Below, piece by piece: positions 18,236 through 26,482 of a stretch of DNA of 64,000 bases. Source of the DNA: a virus (Duplodnaviria > Caudoviricetes); the IMG/VR virus record IMGVR_UViG_3300047440_000490, positions 730 through 64,729 of that record; one strand, given 5' to 3'. The notes under the pieces were generated by a model. It ran no database searches, had not been told where the DNA came from, and worked only from the letters and a program-made list of their open reading frames with translations. Position 1 is the first letter of the stretch, and each line of letters begins with the position of its first letter. The translations under genes and the position numbers were made by a program.

Positions 18236-19540
18236 ATGAGAGTCCCGCTCCTGATCATCTCCGATGCACCGTCGGCTTCAAGTGGACTGGGCCGAATCAC
18301 CCGCGACCTGGCGCTGGGAATCCATCACAATCTTCCCAATGAATACGAAGTTGCCACCTTTGGATATGGAGGTAGCGGCGATCGCAACCTTCCGTTCATT
18401 CAGTACCCAATCGAGAACATGCACGAATGGTTCCTGCCCACCCTGCAGGACGTCTGGTACAACTTCGCCGGCACCCGCAAAGGCGCCGTGTTGTGCGTAT
18501 GGGATCCGGCGCGGCTGCTTTGGTTCGGTCGGCCAGACCAGAAGCTATGGAGCCGTAACAAGGAAATGAGCGAATGGCTGATGACGAAACCATTCGAAAA
18601 GTGGATCTACGCGCCGATGGATGCCGAAGGACCGATGGGGAAATTGTCGATCGCCAACGCTGAATGTTTGTACGGGTTCGATCGGATCATCGCCTACAGC
18701 GAATGGGAAAAGAAAGTCATCGAGGAAACCTACTCGGAATTCGACTGCAAAGCGCGCGACCTGATCGCAATTCCCCACGGCATTCACACCCACGTTTTTC
18801 ACCCACGCCGGGAAGCGGATCGCCGCGGTGTGTTTCGCCAGGACTTCGGCTTTGTCGGCAACGTACTCGAGGACTACGAAAAGATCGTGGGAATCGTCGC
18901 CACCAACAACACGCGGAAGGATTACGGCTTGGCGATCGGAGCGCTGTCAGAAGTCAATAAAGAGGTACCGATTCGGGTTTTCATTCAGATTGATCAGGTC
19001 GAGAAGAACTGGGCGATCGGTACCTTGCTGCAGGACTTCAATATGATCCACCGCGCGTTCATCAGCGTCAAGTTGGTCAGCGACGATGCAATGGCGAAAG
19101 CCTACTCCGCGTGCGACCTGACCCTGGGCATCGGTCCGGAGGGATTCGGCTTTCCGATCTTCGAGAGCCTGGCATGTGGAACACCGGTGATCGCCGGCAG
19201 CGTCGGCGGCCACGCCGAACATATGGACCCGGAGTACCTGATCAAGCCGGATCTGACACGTCTGGAGAGTGTATTCAACTGCGTACGGCCGGTCTATGAC
19301 CCGAAGAAATGGGCGTGGAAGATCAAAAAGGCATTAACTCGGAACGACGCGACACCGCACCGCTTTCTGGTTGGGAAATCGCTGTTACCGCCGCGGCTGG
19401 ACTGGAAGAACCTTTGGGCTGCGGAGTGGGGCCCGTACTTCAAGAGACAGCATCAAAGATTTCAATCGCCGGAGCCGATTCTGGTTGTCCCCAGCAACAG
19501 TCCCGAAATGGACACGGCGCCAGAGGCCCGTCGCACGTAG
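18236..19540 (+). CDS. GT4 (GT-B) glycosyltransferase
   Basis: SD.P...SG.G, IPHG, N..RK and EGFGFPIFESLACGTPVI motifs. Confidence 0.9.
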   Translation: MRVPLLIISDAPSASSGLGRITRDLALGIHHNLPNEYEVATFGYGGSGDRNLPFIQYPIENMHEWFLPTLQDVWYNFAGTRKGAVLCVWDPARLLWFGRPDQKLWSRNKEMSEWLMTKPFEKWIYAPMDAEGPMGKLSIANAECLYGFDRIIAYSEWEKKVIEETYSEFDCKARDLIAIPHGIHTHVFHPRREADRRGVFRQDFGFVGNVLEDYEKIVGIVATNNTRKDYGLAIGALSEVNKEVPIRVFIQIDQVEKNWAIGTLLQDFNMIHRAFISVKLVSDDAMAKAYSACDLTLGIGPEGFGFPIFESLACGTPVIAGSVGGHAEHMDPEYLIKPDLTRLESVFNCVRPVYDPKKWAWKIKKALTRNDATPHRFLVGKSLLPPRLDWKNLWAAEWGPYFKRQHQRFQSPEPILVVPSNSPEMDTAPEARRT

Positions 19541-20360
19541 ACAGCTGCTTATCCGGGAGCTCGGTAACGCGTCTCACGATATCGAGCTTCCGTTTCGCCA
19601 TATCCCGGATTCGTCCCGCTTCGAGCTCACCAGGCAATGGTATCTCCACAACGAATAAGGACTCCTGCAGCACGTCGTCTTCGAACATGGCCTGGAGCCA
19701 GGTATGCCGGTCAATCTCGTCGTGCTCCTCGCGAAACACCGGGATCCAGGTTTCCTTGAATCCCTCGATCGTTCCGCGGCTTCGTTTCTTGAATCTCAAA
19801 CTACTTTTCTGCGGATGCAACAGCGCCTTGGACCAGAACCCGTGGCGCCGGCCGCCGCTCATCGGACCCATCTGCGCGACGATCATTTGCATCGGCATTT
19901 CCAACATGCAGACTTCCCCGATACCGAACCAGGAACGAACCTCATGTTCTTTGCGGTCTTCGTTCCAACTGGAAACCGGAAGAAACCGTCGAAGGGTCGT
20001 TCCGGATGGATCCAACAGCGCAGAATAGTTCCACGAAGAACCTTTTGTATGGACTTGCAGCCACGGCGGGGTATTCGGCTTTCGAATCGCGGAGGCAACC
20101 AGATCGGCGATCGCGGCGTGATTCATCACCGATCGGTACAGGTTGATACCCTCGGCATCCAGTCCGCGATCAGATGCCAGCGTTACCAGTTCTTCGCCGG
20201 CGGACTCGCCGTAGTCGTCGCGGTCTTTCTCGAGGAGGGCAGCGGAAACGGCACGTCGAACCAGATCGGTTGACGTCATCCTGTGCTTTTCCCAGCGTCG
20301 GGCCCAGTAGCCGCGCCGGTTGCACATTTCGTATGCAGTAAGGATTTCAGCGGAATTCAT
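19440..20360 (-). CDS. Divergent Cas4-like/PD-(D/E)XK-fold protein
   Basis: N-terminal S...L..Y..C.R and C-terminal C......CPF..CC. Catalytic D/EXK not evident. Confidence 0.55.
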   Translation of the reverse strand: MNSAEILTAYEMCNRRGYWARRWEKHRMTSTDLVRRAVSAALLEKDRDDYGESAGEELVTLASDRGLDAEGINLYRSVMNHAAIADLVASAIRKPNTPPWLQVHTKGSSWNYSALLDPSGTTLRRFLPVSSWNEDRKEHEVRSWFGIGEVCMLEMPMQMIVAQMGPMSGGRRHGFWSKALLHPQKSSLRFKKRSRGTIEGFKETWIPVFREEHDEIDRHTWLQAMFEDDVLQESLFVVEIPLPGELEAGRIRDMAKRKLDIVRRVTELPDKQLSTCDGPLAPCPFRDCCWGQPESAPAIEIFDAVS

Positions 20361-20364
20361 TGAA

Positions 20365-20436
20365 CTGAAGGGGGAGGATTCGAACCTCCGATGGGCACAT
20401 TAACAGTGTGCTGCCTTACCGCTTGGCTACCCTCCA
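20365..20436 (-). tRNA. tRNA-Asn(GUU), CCA not encoded
   Basis: TGGAGGG TA GCCAAGCGGTAAGGC A GCACA CTGTTAA TGTGC CCATC GGAGG TTCGAAT CCTCC CCCTTCA G folds as a full cloverleaf. Confidence 0.9.
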
Positions 20437-20442
20437 TTTGCC

Positions 20443-20509
20443 TTGTCCCGGTTGGACTCGAACCAACAACCTTCTTTGGCATGACGCTCTGCCGCTGAGC
20501 TACGGGACA
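20443..20509 (-). ncRNA. tRNA-like RNA with collapsed anticodon arm
   Basis: Perfect acceptor (TGTCCCG/CGGGACA), D arm and T arm (GTTGG TTCGAGT CCAAC). Only 18 nt between the D and T arms, giving at most a 2-bp stem around ATGCCAAA. Confidence 0.7.
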
Positions 20510-20626
20510 GGCGAATGGAGGATACCACGTGACTTAAAATCAAGGATCGTCCGCGGTCGCCGGCGCGCGGCTAATCTCCTAAACGAACCCGTTTGGATAT
20601 CGAAGGGTTCCCATTCCGGGAATATA

Positions 20627-22948
20627 TCACGGAGTCGGACGGCCCAATGCTTCCTTGGCTTCTCGAGGGTTTGTGACGGTACCGGCTGCAGCTCCGGTTC
20701 GAATCCAGGCCTGTATCGCCGGCGACACCGTGATCGGCTGGTGCGCGGCCGCGGTCTGATTGATCACCGTTTGGATGTTGGCTTTCACCTGCTGACGGAC
20801 CGCCGGTGGCAGCTTGTCCGCTGCAGCCAGATCGGCCGCCGTTGGTTTTGAAATGAAGTCGATGAAACCGTCGGTTTTGAGAAGCGCCGGAATTCCGAAT
20901 CGAATCGCCGGTACCGCCAATGCCGTCCAGAGATGTCCCTGACTGAGCGCATACAGGGCGCCAGCCGCGGTGACCACGTCGTACTTGGATCCTCGTCCCA
21001 TTCCGTAGGCTTGCGTGCGAGCGCGCTCGGCTTTGGTATCCATGATTTCGCCAACGGTTGGAGCGGCCGGCCCCGGTACCTGTGTCCGAGGCGTGACCTG
21101 GGGAGCGACTTCACCGGGGATCGGCTGCAGCGTTGCCATCGCTCGCGGTCCTGTGGCCTTGGGAGTCGGCGCTGTGGGCAACGGCTTCTCCGAAGGGATC
21201 TTCAGTGCTCCGCGCTGTCCGTACGCTGTCCTGAGCCGTTCTGTGGTCGCTGCGAGGGCATTGACGGCATCGGCGTACTGCGTGGGGATTGCGCGCAACT
21301 TCGCGGCGCCGACGCCGGCGGCCTTACCTTTGGTGAAGGGCTCGGAATAGTATTCCGGATCCAGCACGCCGACACGTCGACGGACGTTGGCAACGGCGCT
21401 GTCCTTGTCGTAGAACGCATCCTGATATTTGTTCCAGAAGCCGTCGGCCTCCTGAAGCTCGAGCCCGGCGCCATTGCGTTCGGCGATTTCGGTCTTTGCT
21501 GCGTCAACCTGTTCCTTCAGATATTTGACAGCCTGGTAAACGTCACCCGGTAGACCACCTTCAGCCAGCTTGCGGCCGAGTTCGGAGGAATAACCCTGAA
21601 GCTGATCGAAAGGAAGATTCTCCGGCTCGCCGAGAAGGCCTTGATCCTCCATCAGCTTATAGAGTCCAGTGCCCGGTTCCGGCTTCACGCCGTTGACCAT
21701 CTGGCCGGTAGCATCCTCGTCTGCGGCGCCTTTCCTCATCAGGTCGTTGAACTGACGAATGCTCTCCGGTGCGCCCTTCAGCTTTCCCTGCGCTTCCTTT
21801 GCGGCTGCTGCGATATCGGAAAGCGGAACGCCCGGATCGTCCCCAACCTTCGCGCGTACGGCCTCATACTTGCCGTTTCCTTCCTGACGAAGTTTCTTGT
21901 CCAGATCGACGACATCGTTGCCCAGTTGCTCGCTTCCTTCGCGAAGCTGACTGTCCAGGGTGGCCGCCTGGTTCTTCAACTGAGCAACGTTCTGGTTGTG
22001 TGTGGTGGCTTCCTGCGTTGCGGCCTGGTGAGCTTCCTGCTGGATCTTGTTGGCCTTCGCCGTCGCCGCGGTGTTCTGTTCGGTGTCGATATCGGCCTGA
22101 GTCATAGATGACTCATTTTTGGCGATGACCTTCTGTTGATTGGTCGCGGTCTTCTGCTGTGCCGCCGTCTGGGCATCCGCGTTGGCTTTTGCCACGTTAG
22201 CGTCGGATTCCGCCTGTTTAACCTTTGCGGCGTCGGCATCCTGGTTGTACTTGTCCACGATCTTGTCGGTGGTTTCGTAGGCGCTGGCGCCGACTTTGCC
22301 TTGTGCGATCGCGCGTGTACTTTCACGCAGTGCACCGACCTTGCTCAGTCCACCCACCGTTGCGTCGACGGCCAGCTTCGGCGCCTCCGACATCGTCACA
22401 CCTTCGGCCGCTGCAGCGATGTTCTGAGGCGACAGATTGATGTTGAGCGGACCGACCTGCGTGCCGGGTCCGGCTGGCTCGGCAGTGCGGATGATGTCAC
22501 CGATGATTGGCAACTGTTTCCCGTACTCGAGTGCTTGCCCGGCCCAGCCTTCACCGCGGAGCGAGGCCGCCGCCCGATTCGCTTCGGCGTTCTCAACAGC
22601 GTTGGCCATTGTTGCCGGAATGTTGAACAGCAATCGCGGAACGATGGGAAGTTTGCTCTCGAGCTCCTTCGGGGTGTAATGCGTGTCCGGCGGATTCATT
22701 AACGCTTCGGGGGCGCCCTTCAATGCCGTGAGTCCACGTTTGACGGCGCCGAGAATCGCGCTTCCGTATCCTTCTGGCGCCGGCGCCGCGGCCGGAGCTG
22801 TAGGGGCGGTTCCAAGGTGGGCATCGAGCGCCGCGTTCAGTTTGTCCTTTTGCTCCGGCGTCATTCGGCCGAGCAACGCGGTCTGACGTTCTCGAGGAAG
22901 CGCCTGGAATGTCGTAACAAGATCGTCGACTTCTGGAGTTGTGGGCAT
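20627..22948 (-). CDS. Internal virion/DNA ejection protein (putative)
   Basis: Large Ala/Gln/Lys-rich helical ORF at the end of a podovirus-type structural operon. Confidence 0.6.
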   Translation of the reverse strand: MPTTPEVDDLVTTFQALPRERQTALLGRMTPEQKDKLNAALDAHLGTAPTAPAAAPAPEGYGSAILGAVKRGLTALKGAPEALMNPPDTHYTPKELESKLPIVPRLLFNIPATMANAVENAEANRAAASLRGEGWAGQALEYGKQLPIIGDIIRTAEPAGPGTQVGPLNINLSPQNIAAAAEGVTMSEAPKLAVDATVGGLSKVGALRESTRAIAQGKVGASAYETTDKIVDKYNQDADAAKVKQAESDANVAKANADAQTAAQQKTATNQQKVIAKNESSMTQADIDTEQNTAATAKANKIQQEAHQAATQEATTHNQNVAQLKNQAATLDSQLREGSEQLGNDVVDLDKKLRQEGNGKYEAVRAKVGDDPGVPLSDIAAAAKEAQGKLKGAPESIRQFNDLMRKGAADEDATGQMVNGVKPEPGTGLYKLMEDQGLLGEPENLPFDQLQGYSSELGRKLAEGGLPGDVYQAVKYLKEQVDAAKTEIAERNGAGLELQEADGFWNKYQDAFYDKDSAVANVRRRVGVLDPEYYSEPFTKGKAAGVGAAKLRAIPTQYADAVNALAATTERLRTAYGQRGALKIPSEKPLPTAPTPKATGPRAMATLQPIPGEVAPQVTPRTQVPGPAAPTVGEIMDTKAERARTQAYGMGRGSKYDVVTAAGALYALSQGHLWTALAVPAIRFGIPALLKTDGFIDFISKPTAADLAAADKLPPAVRQQVKANIQTVINQTAAAHQPITVSPAIQAWIRTGAAAGTVTNPREAKEALGRPTP

Positions 22949-24486
22949 TATCGTCCCCTGGAACCGGCTGGAACGCTGATCTTATCGAGCTTTTTGAGAA
23001 TCTCGTCATCGGTCGTCGACGTCGGCGCCGGCTTGCCGGAAGCCGAATCCAGTGCGGCCTTTGCTGAGCGCTGATTGTCGTAGGCCACCGAAATCAACTG
23101 GTTTCGAATATTGTCAGGCAACGCGCCGCTGGTGATGTTATTCATCCACTGCTCGAATGTGTTGCCAAGACCAGCGTTTTTGATCATCGTGTCATACTCG
23201 GCCATGCTGAACCGGCCGGAAGCTTCACGCGCCATTCGGATTGCCAGGTTGCGATCACTGAGCGCGCTTTTCTTTTCCGCGGCCGCTTTCGCCAAATCGA
23301 CAATGCCGGTAGCTTTGTCGAAGTTGACTTTTGCTTCCTGATACGGCTTCGAGGCTTTGCTGGCGATCACCTTCGGAGCTCCGCCGGGTTGCGGCAGTAA
23401 CGATCGGGCTTCCGCCGGAGTCTTCGGTAGTCCGGCACCGCCCCCCGGTGCTCCAGCCGGGGAGACAGTTGGTGCACCTGTTGGCGTGGGTACCGAATTC
23501 GGTGGAGCGGCGCCACCGGTACCGACTGGACCAGACACCGTCGTTTTCGGAATCGAAATGATGTTCCCGAATCCGTCATCGGTAATGTAGTCGGTCGTCG
23601 TGATTCGGCCGAACAGTCCCGGCGGTGGAACAGCGTCTGGATTTTCAGTGCCGGGAATACGGTGATTGTTGGCGTCGAGCATGATCGACAGCGGTTTGTT
23701 CGTCGTGGGATCGATGATCCAGGCCTGTTTGTTCTTCACCGGAGCGAACTTGTCATCCGGGACGAATCTCTTGAGAACTTCCGGATCGACCGGATTCCCC
23801 TGGAAATCGGTCGTCGTGTTTAGTGCCTTACTGTGGTGAAGCGTGACCCGCTTTCCATCCAGCGTTCCGGTAAGATCTTCCCACTGCCCGGATCGTTCGG
23901 CCGGAGGTTTCAGTAGCGTAGCCGGAACGCCGGCAAGTGTGGCCTGAAGATCCTGCAGCACGTCGTCTGGAATATTGTGTTTCTGCGCCCATGCGATCGT
24001 GGCATCGTTATTTTTCTGTTTGATCTTCTGTACAACGTCGTTGTTGAGACCTTCGATTTCACCGCTGGTACCGGCTTGCTCGATCTGTCCGGCGCGCGTT
24101 GTGTTGTATTCCGGCAACTTCGCCGTGGCCATCGCCGTGTCCGCCGAAGCATTCGCGCGCGGATCAGGAACCGGAGCATTTCGCGCCTGTCCGGTGAGCG
24201 TTCGAAGCCGCTGCAATAAGGCCGGCGTCTCATGAGGCGGATAAAGAGCATTGTGTTGTTTGCTGAGCTGGTTGAGTTGATCGATCAACGGCGCGGCTTC
24301 AGGCTTGTCCTTACCGCCGATTCGAACGATATTGGCCGCGACTTCCTGCATCTGCTGATGAATCGCATCGGCCTGTTGATCTCGTACCTTTCTTTGCTCC
24401 AAATGTCGTTGACGAAGAACGTCCCCGATCTGGCCCAGACCTTCACCCAATCCGACCGCAATTCCTTCGGCTGCTCCTCCTGCCAT
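22948..24486 (-). CDS. Internal virion/DNA ejection protein (putative)
   Basis: Gly-rich N-terminus, Gln-rich coiled coil, and position in the operon. Confidence 0.6.
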   Translation of the reverse strand: MAGGAAEGIAVGLGEGLGQIGDVLRQRHLEQRKVRDQQADAIHQQMQEVAANIVRIGGKDKPEAAPLIDQLNQLSKQHNALYPPHETPALLQRLRTLTGQARNAPVPDPRANASADTAMATAKLPEYNTTRAGQIEQAGTSGEIEGLNNDVVQKIKQKNNDATIAWAQKHNIPDDVLQDLQATLAGVPATLLKPPAERSGQWEDLTGTLDGKRVTLHHSKALNTTTDFQGNPVDPEVLKRFVPDDKFAPVKNKQAWIIDPTTNKPLSIMLDANNHRIPGTENPDAVPPPGLFGRITTTDYITDDGFGNIISIPKTTVSGPVGTGGAAPPNSVPTPTGAPTVSPAGAPGGGAGLPKTPAEARSLLPQPGGAPKVIASKASKPYQEAKVNFDKATGIVDLAKAAAEKKSALSDRNLAIRMAREASGRFSMAEYDTMIKNAGLGNTFEQWMNNITSGALPDNIRNQLISVAYDNQRSAKAALDSASGKPAPTSTTDDEILKKLDKISVPAGSRGR

Positions 24487-24493
24487 AGTTCAC

Positions 24494-25084
24494 CTACCCT
24501 GCGAGATTTCCGAGTGCACCTTTTAGTCCGCCGCTGAGTCCGCCGCTGGCCAAGTTGATACCACCGCTTATTAAGGATCCCCACATTTTTGCCGCCGCTG
24601 CGTCCTTCTCAGATACGTCCCTGTGAAGAAGACTACTCAGGTTCGATTCGGTACCGCTGGAGATCCCGAGTGCATTCATCGACTCCCCGACTTCGCCTTC
24701 TCCGAGCGCTCCCAGTTTTTCGGCCGCGCTGGTTTGCTGTTCGCCGAGTAAGGACGAAATCAGAGCATGAGTGTGATCCTCGATCTCCTGGTTCTCGCCG
24801 GCAACTCCACCGCCTCGAGCGGTACCGGTCTGTGCCCGTTCGCGTTTTGCTGCGTCGGAGGCGCCCACAGCCGCGTTGACCGCTGGCGCGACGGCTGTAC
24901 GATCACCACTAACAAGTCGCTTGTTGTAGTCGACGGCTGTGTCGAGGGCGTTACCCCCTTTTTCCCCGAGCCCGACGCCAGTTGAATACGTGGATGAGAA
25001 GAGATTGCCCAGGTTCTGGAATGTATCCGATTCCTGTTTTTTCTCTCCCTTTCCTGCTCCCTTAAAGGCATCGAAGATCGACAT
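24494..25084 (-). CDS. Small pilot/ejection protein (putative)
   Basis: Gly/Ala/Ser-rich with a hydrophobic Gly-rich C-terminus. GGAGG SD and TATAAT upstream. Confidence 0.6.
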   Translation of the reverse strand: MSIFDAFKGAGKGEKKQESDTFQNLGNLFSSTYSTGVGLGEKGGNALDTAVDYNKRLVSGDRTAVAPAVNAAVGASDAAKRERAQTGTARGGGVAGENQEIEDHTHALISSLLGEQQTSAAEKLGALGEGEVGESMNALGISSGTESNLSSLLHRDVSEKDAAAAKMWGSLISGGINLASGGLSGGLKGALGNLAG

Positions 25085-25120
25085 CGTTTCCTCCGTTCAC
25101 TCGCGCATTATAGCGCCCGA

Positions 25121-26482
25121 TCAGGATAGACGTTCCAAGCAAATGTAAAGAGCATATTTCGCCGTTCCGATGATGCCGACCAAGACGGTCGAATACGCGA
25201 TGTTTCCCGATTGAAGTTGAATGAAAAATACCCCTGACGTTCTTCCCAGCGCCGTCAACGGAAGTGCCGTGCTCGATACGGTCACCGCACCGGCCGCGTC
25301 GGTAAACGTGACCTGCAACTGAATCGTGCCGGCCGTCAGATCCAATGTTGTATCTTCCAGGTAATAGCTGACGCGATAGGTTCCTGCAGTTCCACCGTTG
25401 GCGAAATTCGTCGATCCGATCGCTGCCCCCTGATTGGTGAGCGCAACCGTATCAGAGATCCTATTGTATGAAACACCGGTACCACCGTTCGCTGCAGGAA
25501 CCACAGCGAAACCAGCATCCTTCACCAGGGCGCCACCACCACCAAACAAAAAGTTGTTAAGTGTTAATACACTTGTTTCGTAGGTGATGTTCCCATCGGC
25601 GTCTGGAAACGTGTACGTGCGATCGGCGGAATTTGCATGAGTAAGCTTCCCGAAAAAACTTCCTACCCTGAAGCGGATCCCGTTGAAGAGCACCTGGAAG
25701 TAGTCGGCCAGCGCAGCACCGAGAACTTTGAGTTGAACCGTCCACGCCGCGGTTTCGGTACCGGCTGCGGCGCTGGTCCAGAACGTATCCAACGCCGAAG
25801 CATCGGTAAGCGCATTGGAGTTGTTATCCAGTTCCGTTCGTGCGATTGCACCGAAACCGGCCGCTGGCACGCCAGTTGAGCGGTGCGCCATCCGGAACAC
25901 ATTCGACGACGCCGCGGTGACCGCATCGGTAATGACCTGCCGGAGTCCTCCGACTGTGATGAACTTCGTACCCGTCCAAAGGTAATCCGTCAGTTCGGTC
26001 GTGTCCGTGGCGACAAACGAGAATCCCGCATCGTTCAATCCCAGATCATTCGGAATTGAAGCAATCGCGCCCGTCATCATGCCGGCGCCGAATACCCACG
26101 CCGGTATACCTGCGTTGGTGATGTAGTAGATCGCCGTACGATCCGTTTCGATGAAAAGAGTACCGACCGGCTGACTGGCTGCGCTGAAGGAAACAAGCCT
26201 CGTGGAGTGCGTTCCGACGATGATCGTAATCGCGGCCCCGCCGCCGCCGCCGCCCCCTCCGCCACCACCACCGCTGAAGGTATTGTTAACGGTCTGCTGA
26301 ATGACCTGCTGAAGTGCCTGGCTGGACACCCCGGCCGTGGCGGCAATCTCCTCTACCTGCTTGTGCAGGAAGAACAGGTTGTCGACGATCATTTTCGTCG
26401 CTTTTTGTACGGGGACGCTTTCACGGTGGATGTCAGTCGGATATTGAAGTCCTGGTCGTCCTCGATCCTCGTTGGTGCTCAT
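25121..26482 (-). CDS. Tail fibre/spike-like protein
   Basis: Short coiled coil, poly-Gly linker, ADRTYTFPDA and VPAANGGTG fibre motifs, beta-rich C-terminus. Confidence 0.65.
   Translation of the reverse strand: MSTNEDRGRPGLQYPTDIHRESVPVQKATKMIVDNLFFLHKQVEEIAATAGVSSQALQQVIQQTVNNTFSGGGGGGGGGGGGAAITIIVGTHSTRLVSFSAASQPVGTLFIETDRTAIYYITNAGIPAWVFGAGMMTGAIASIPNDLGLNDAGFSFVATDTTELTDYLWTGTKFITVGGLRQVITDAVTAASSNVFRMAHRSTGVPAAGFGAIARTELDNNSNALTDASALDTFWTSAAAGTETAAWTVQLKVLGAALADYFQVLFNGIRFRVGSFFGKLTHANSADRTYTFPDADGNITYETSVLTLNNFLFGGGGALVKDAGFAVVPAANGGTGVSYNRISDTVALTNQGAAIGSTNFANGGTAGTYRVSYYLEDTTLDLTAGTIQLQVTFTDAAGAVTVSSTALPLTALGRTSGVFFIQLQSGNIAYSTVLVGIIGTAKYALYICLERLS

Noticed and set aside
19440-19540. 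101-nt convergent overlap of the GT4 and Cas4-like genes
   Set aside because: The overlapping GT4 tail looks unstructured, likely a simple stop-codon extension.
10573-19540. GtrABC-type serotype conversion or a captured host LPS locus
   Set aside because: No membrane flippase/transferase or sugar-synthesis genes. Genes are interleaved with small phage-type ORFs and share the phage's composition.
26236-26275. GCC/ACC triplet run
   Set aside because: Encodes a poly-Gly hinge in a fibre protein with mixed codons.
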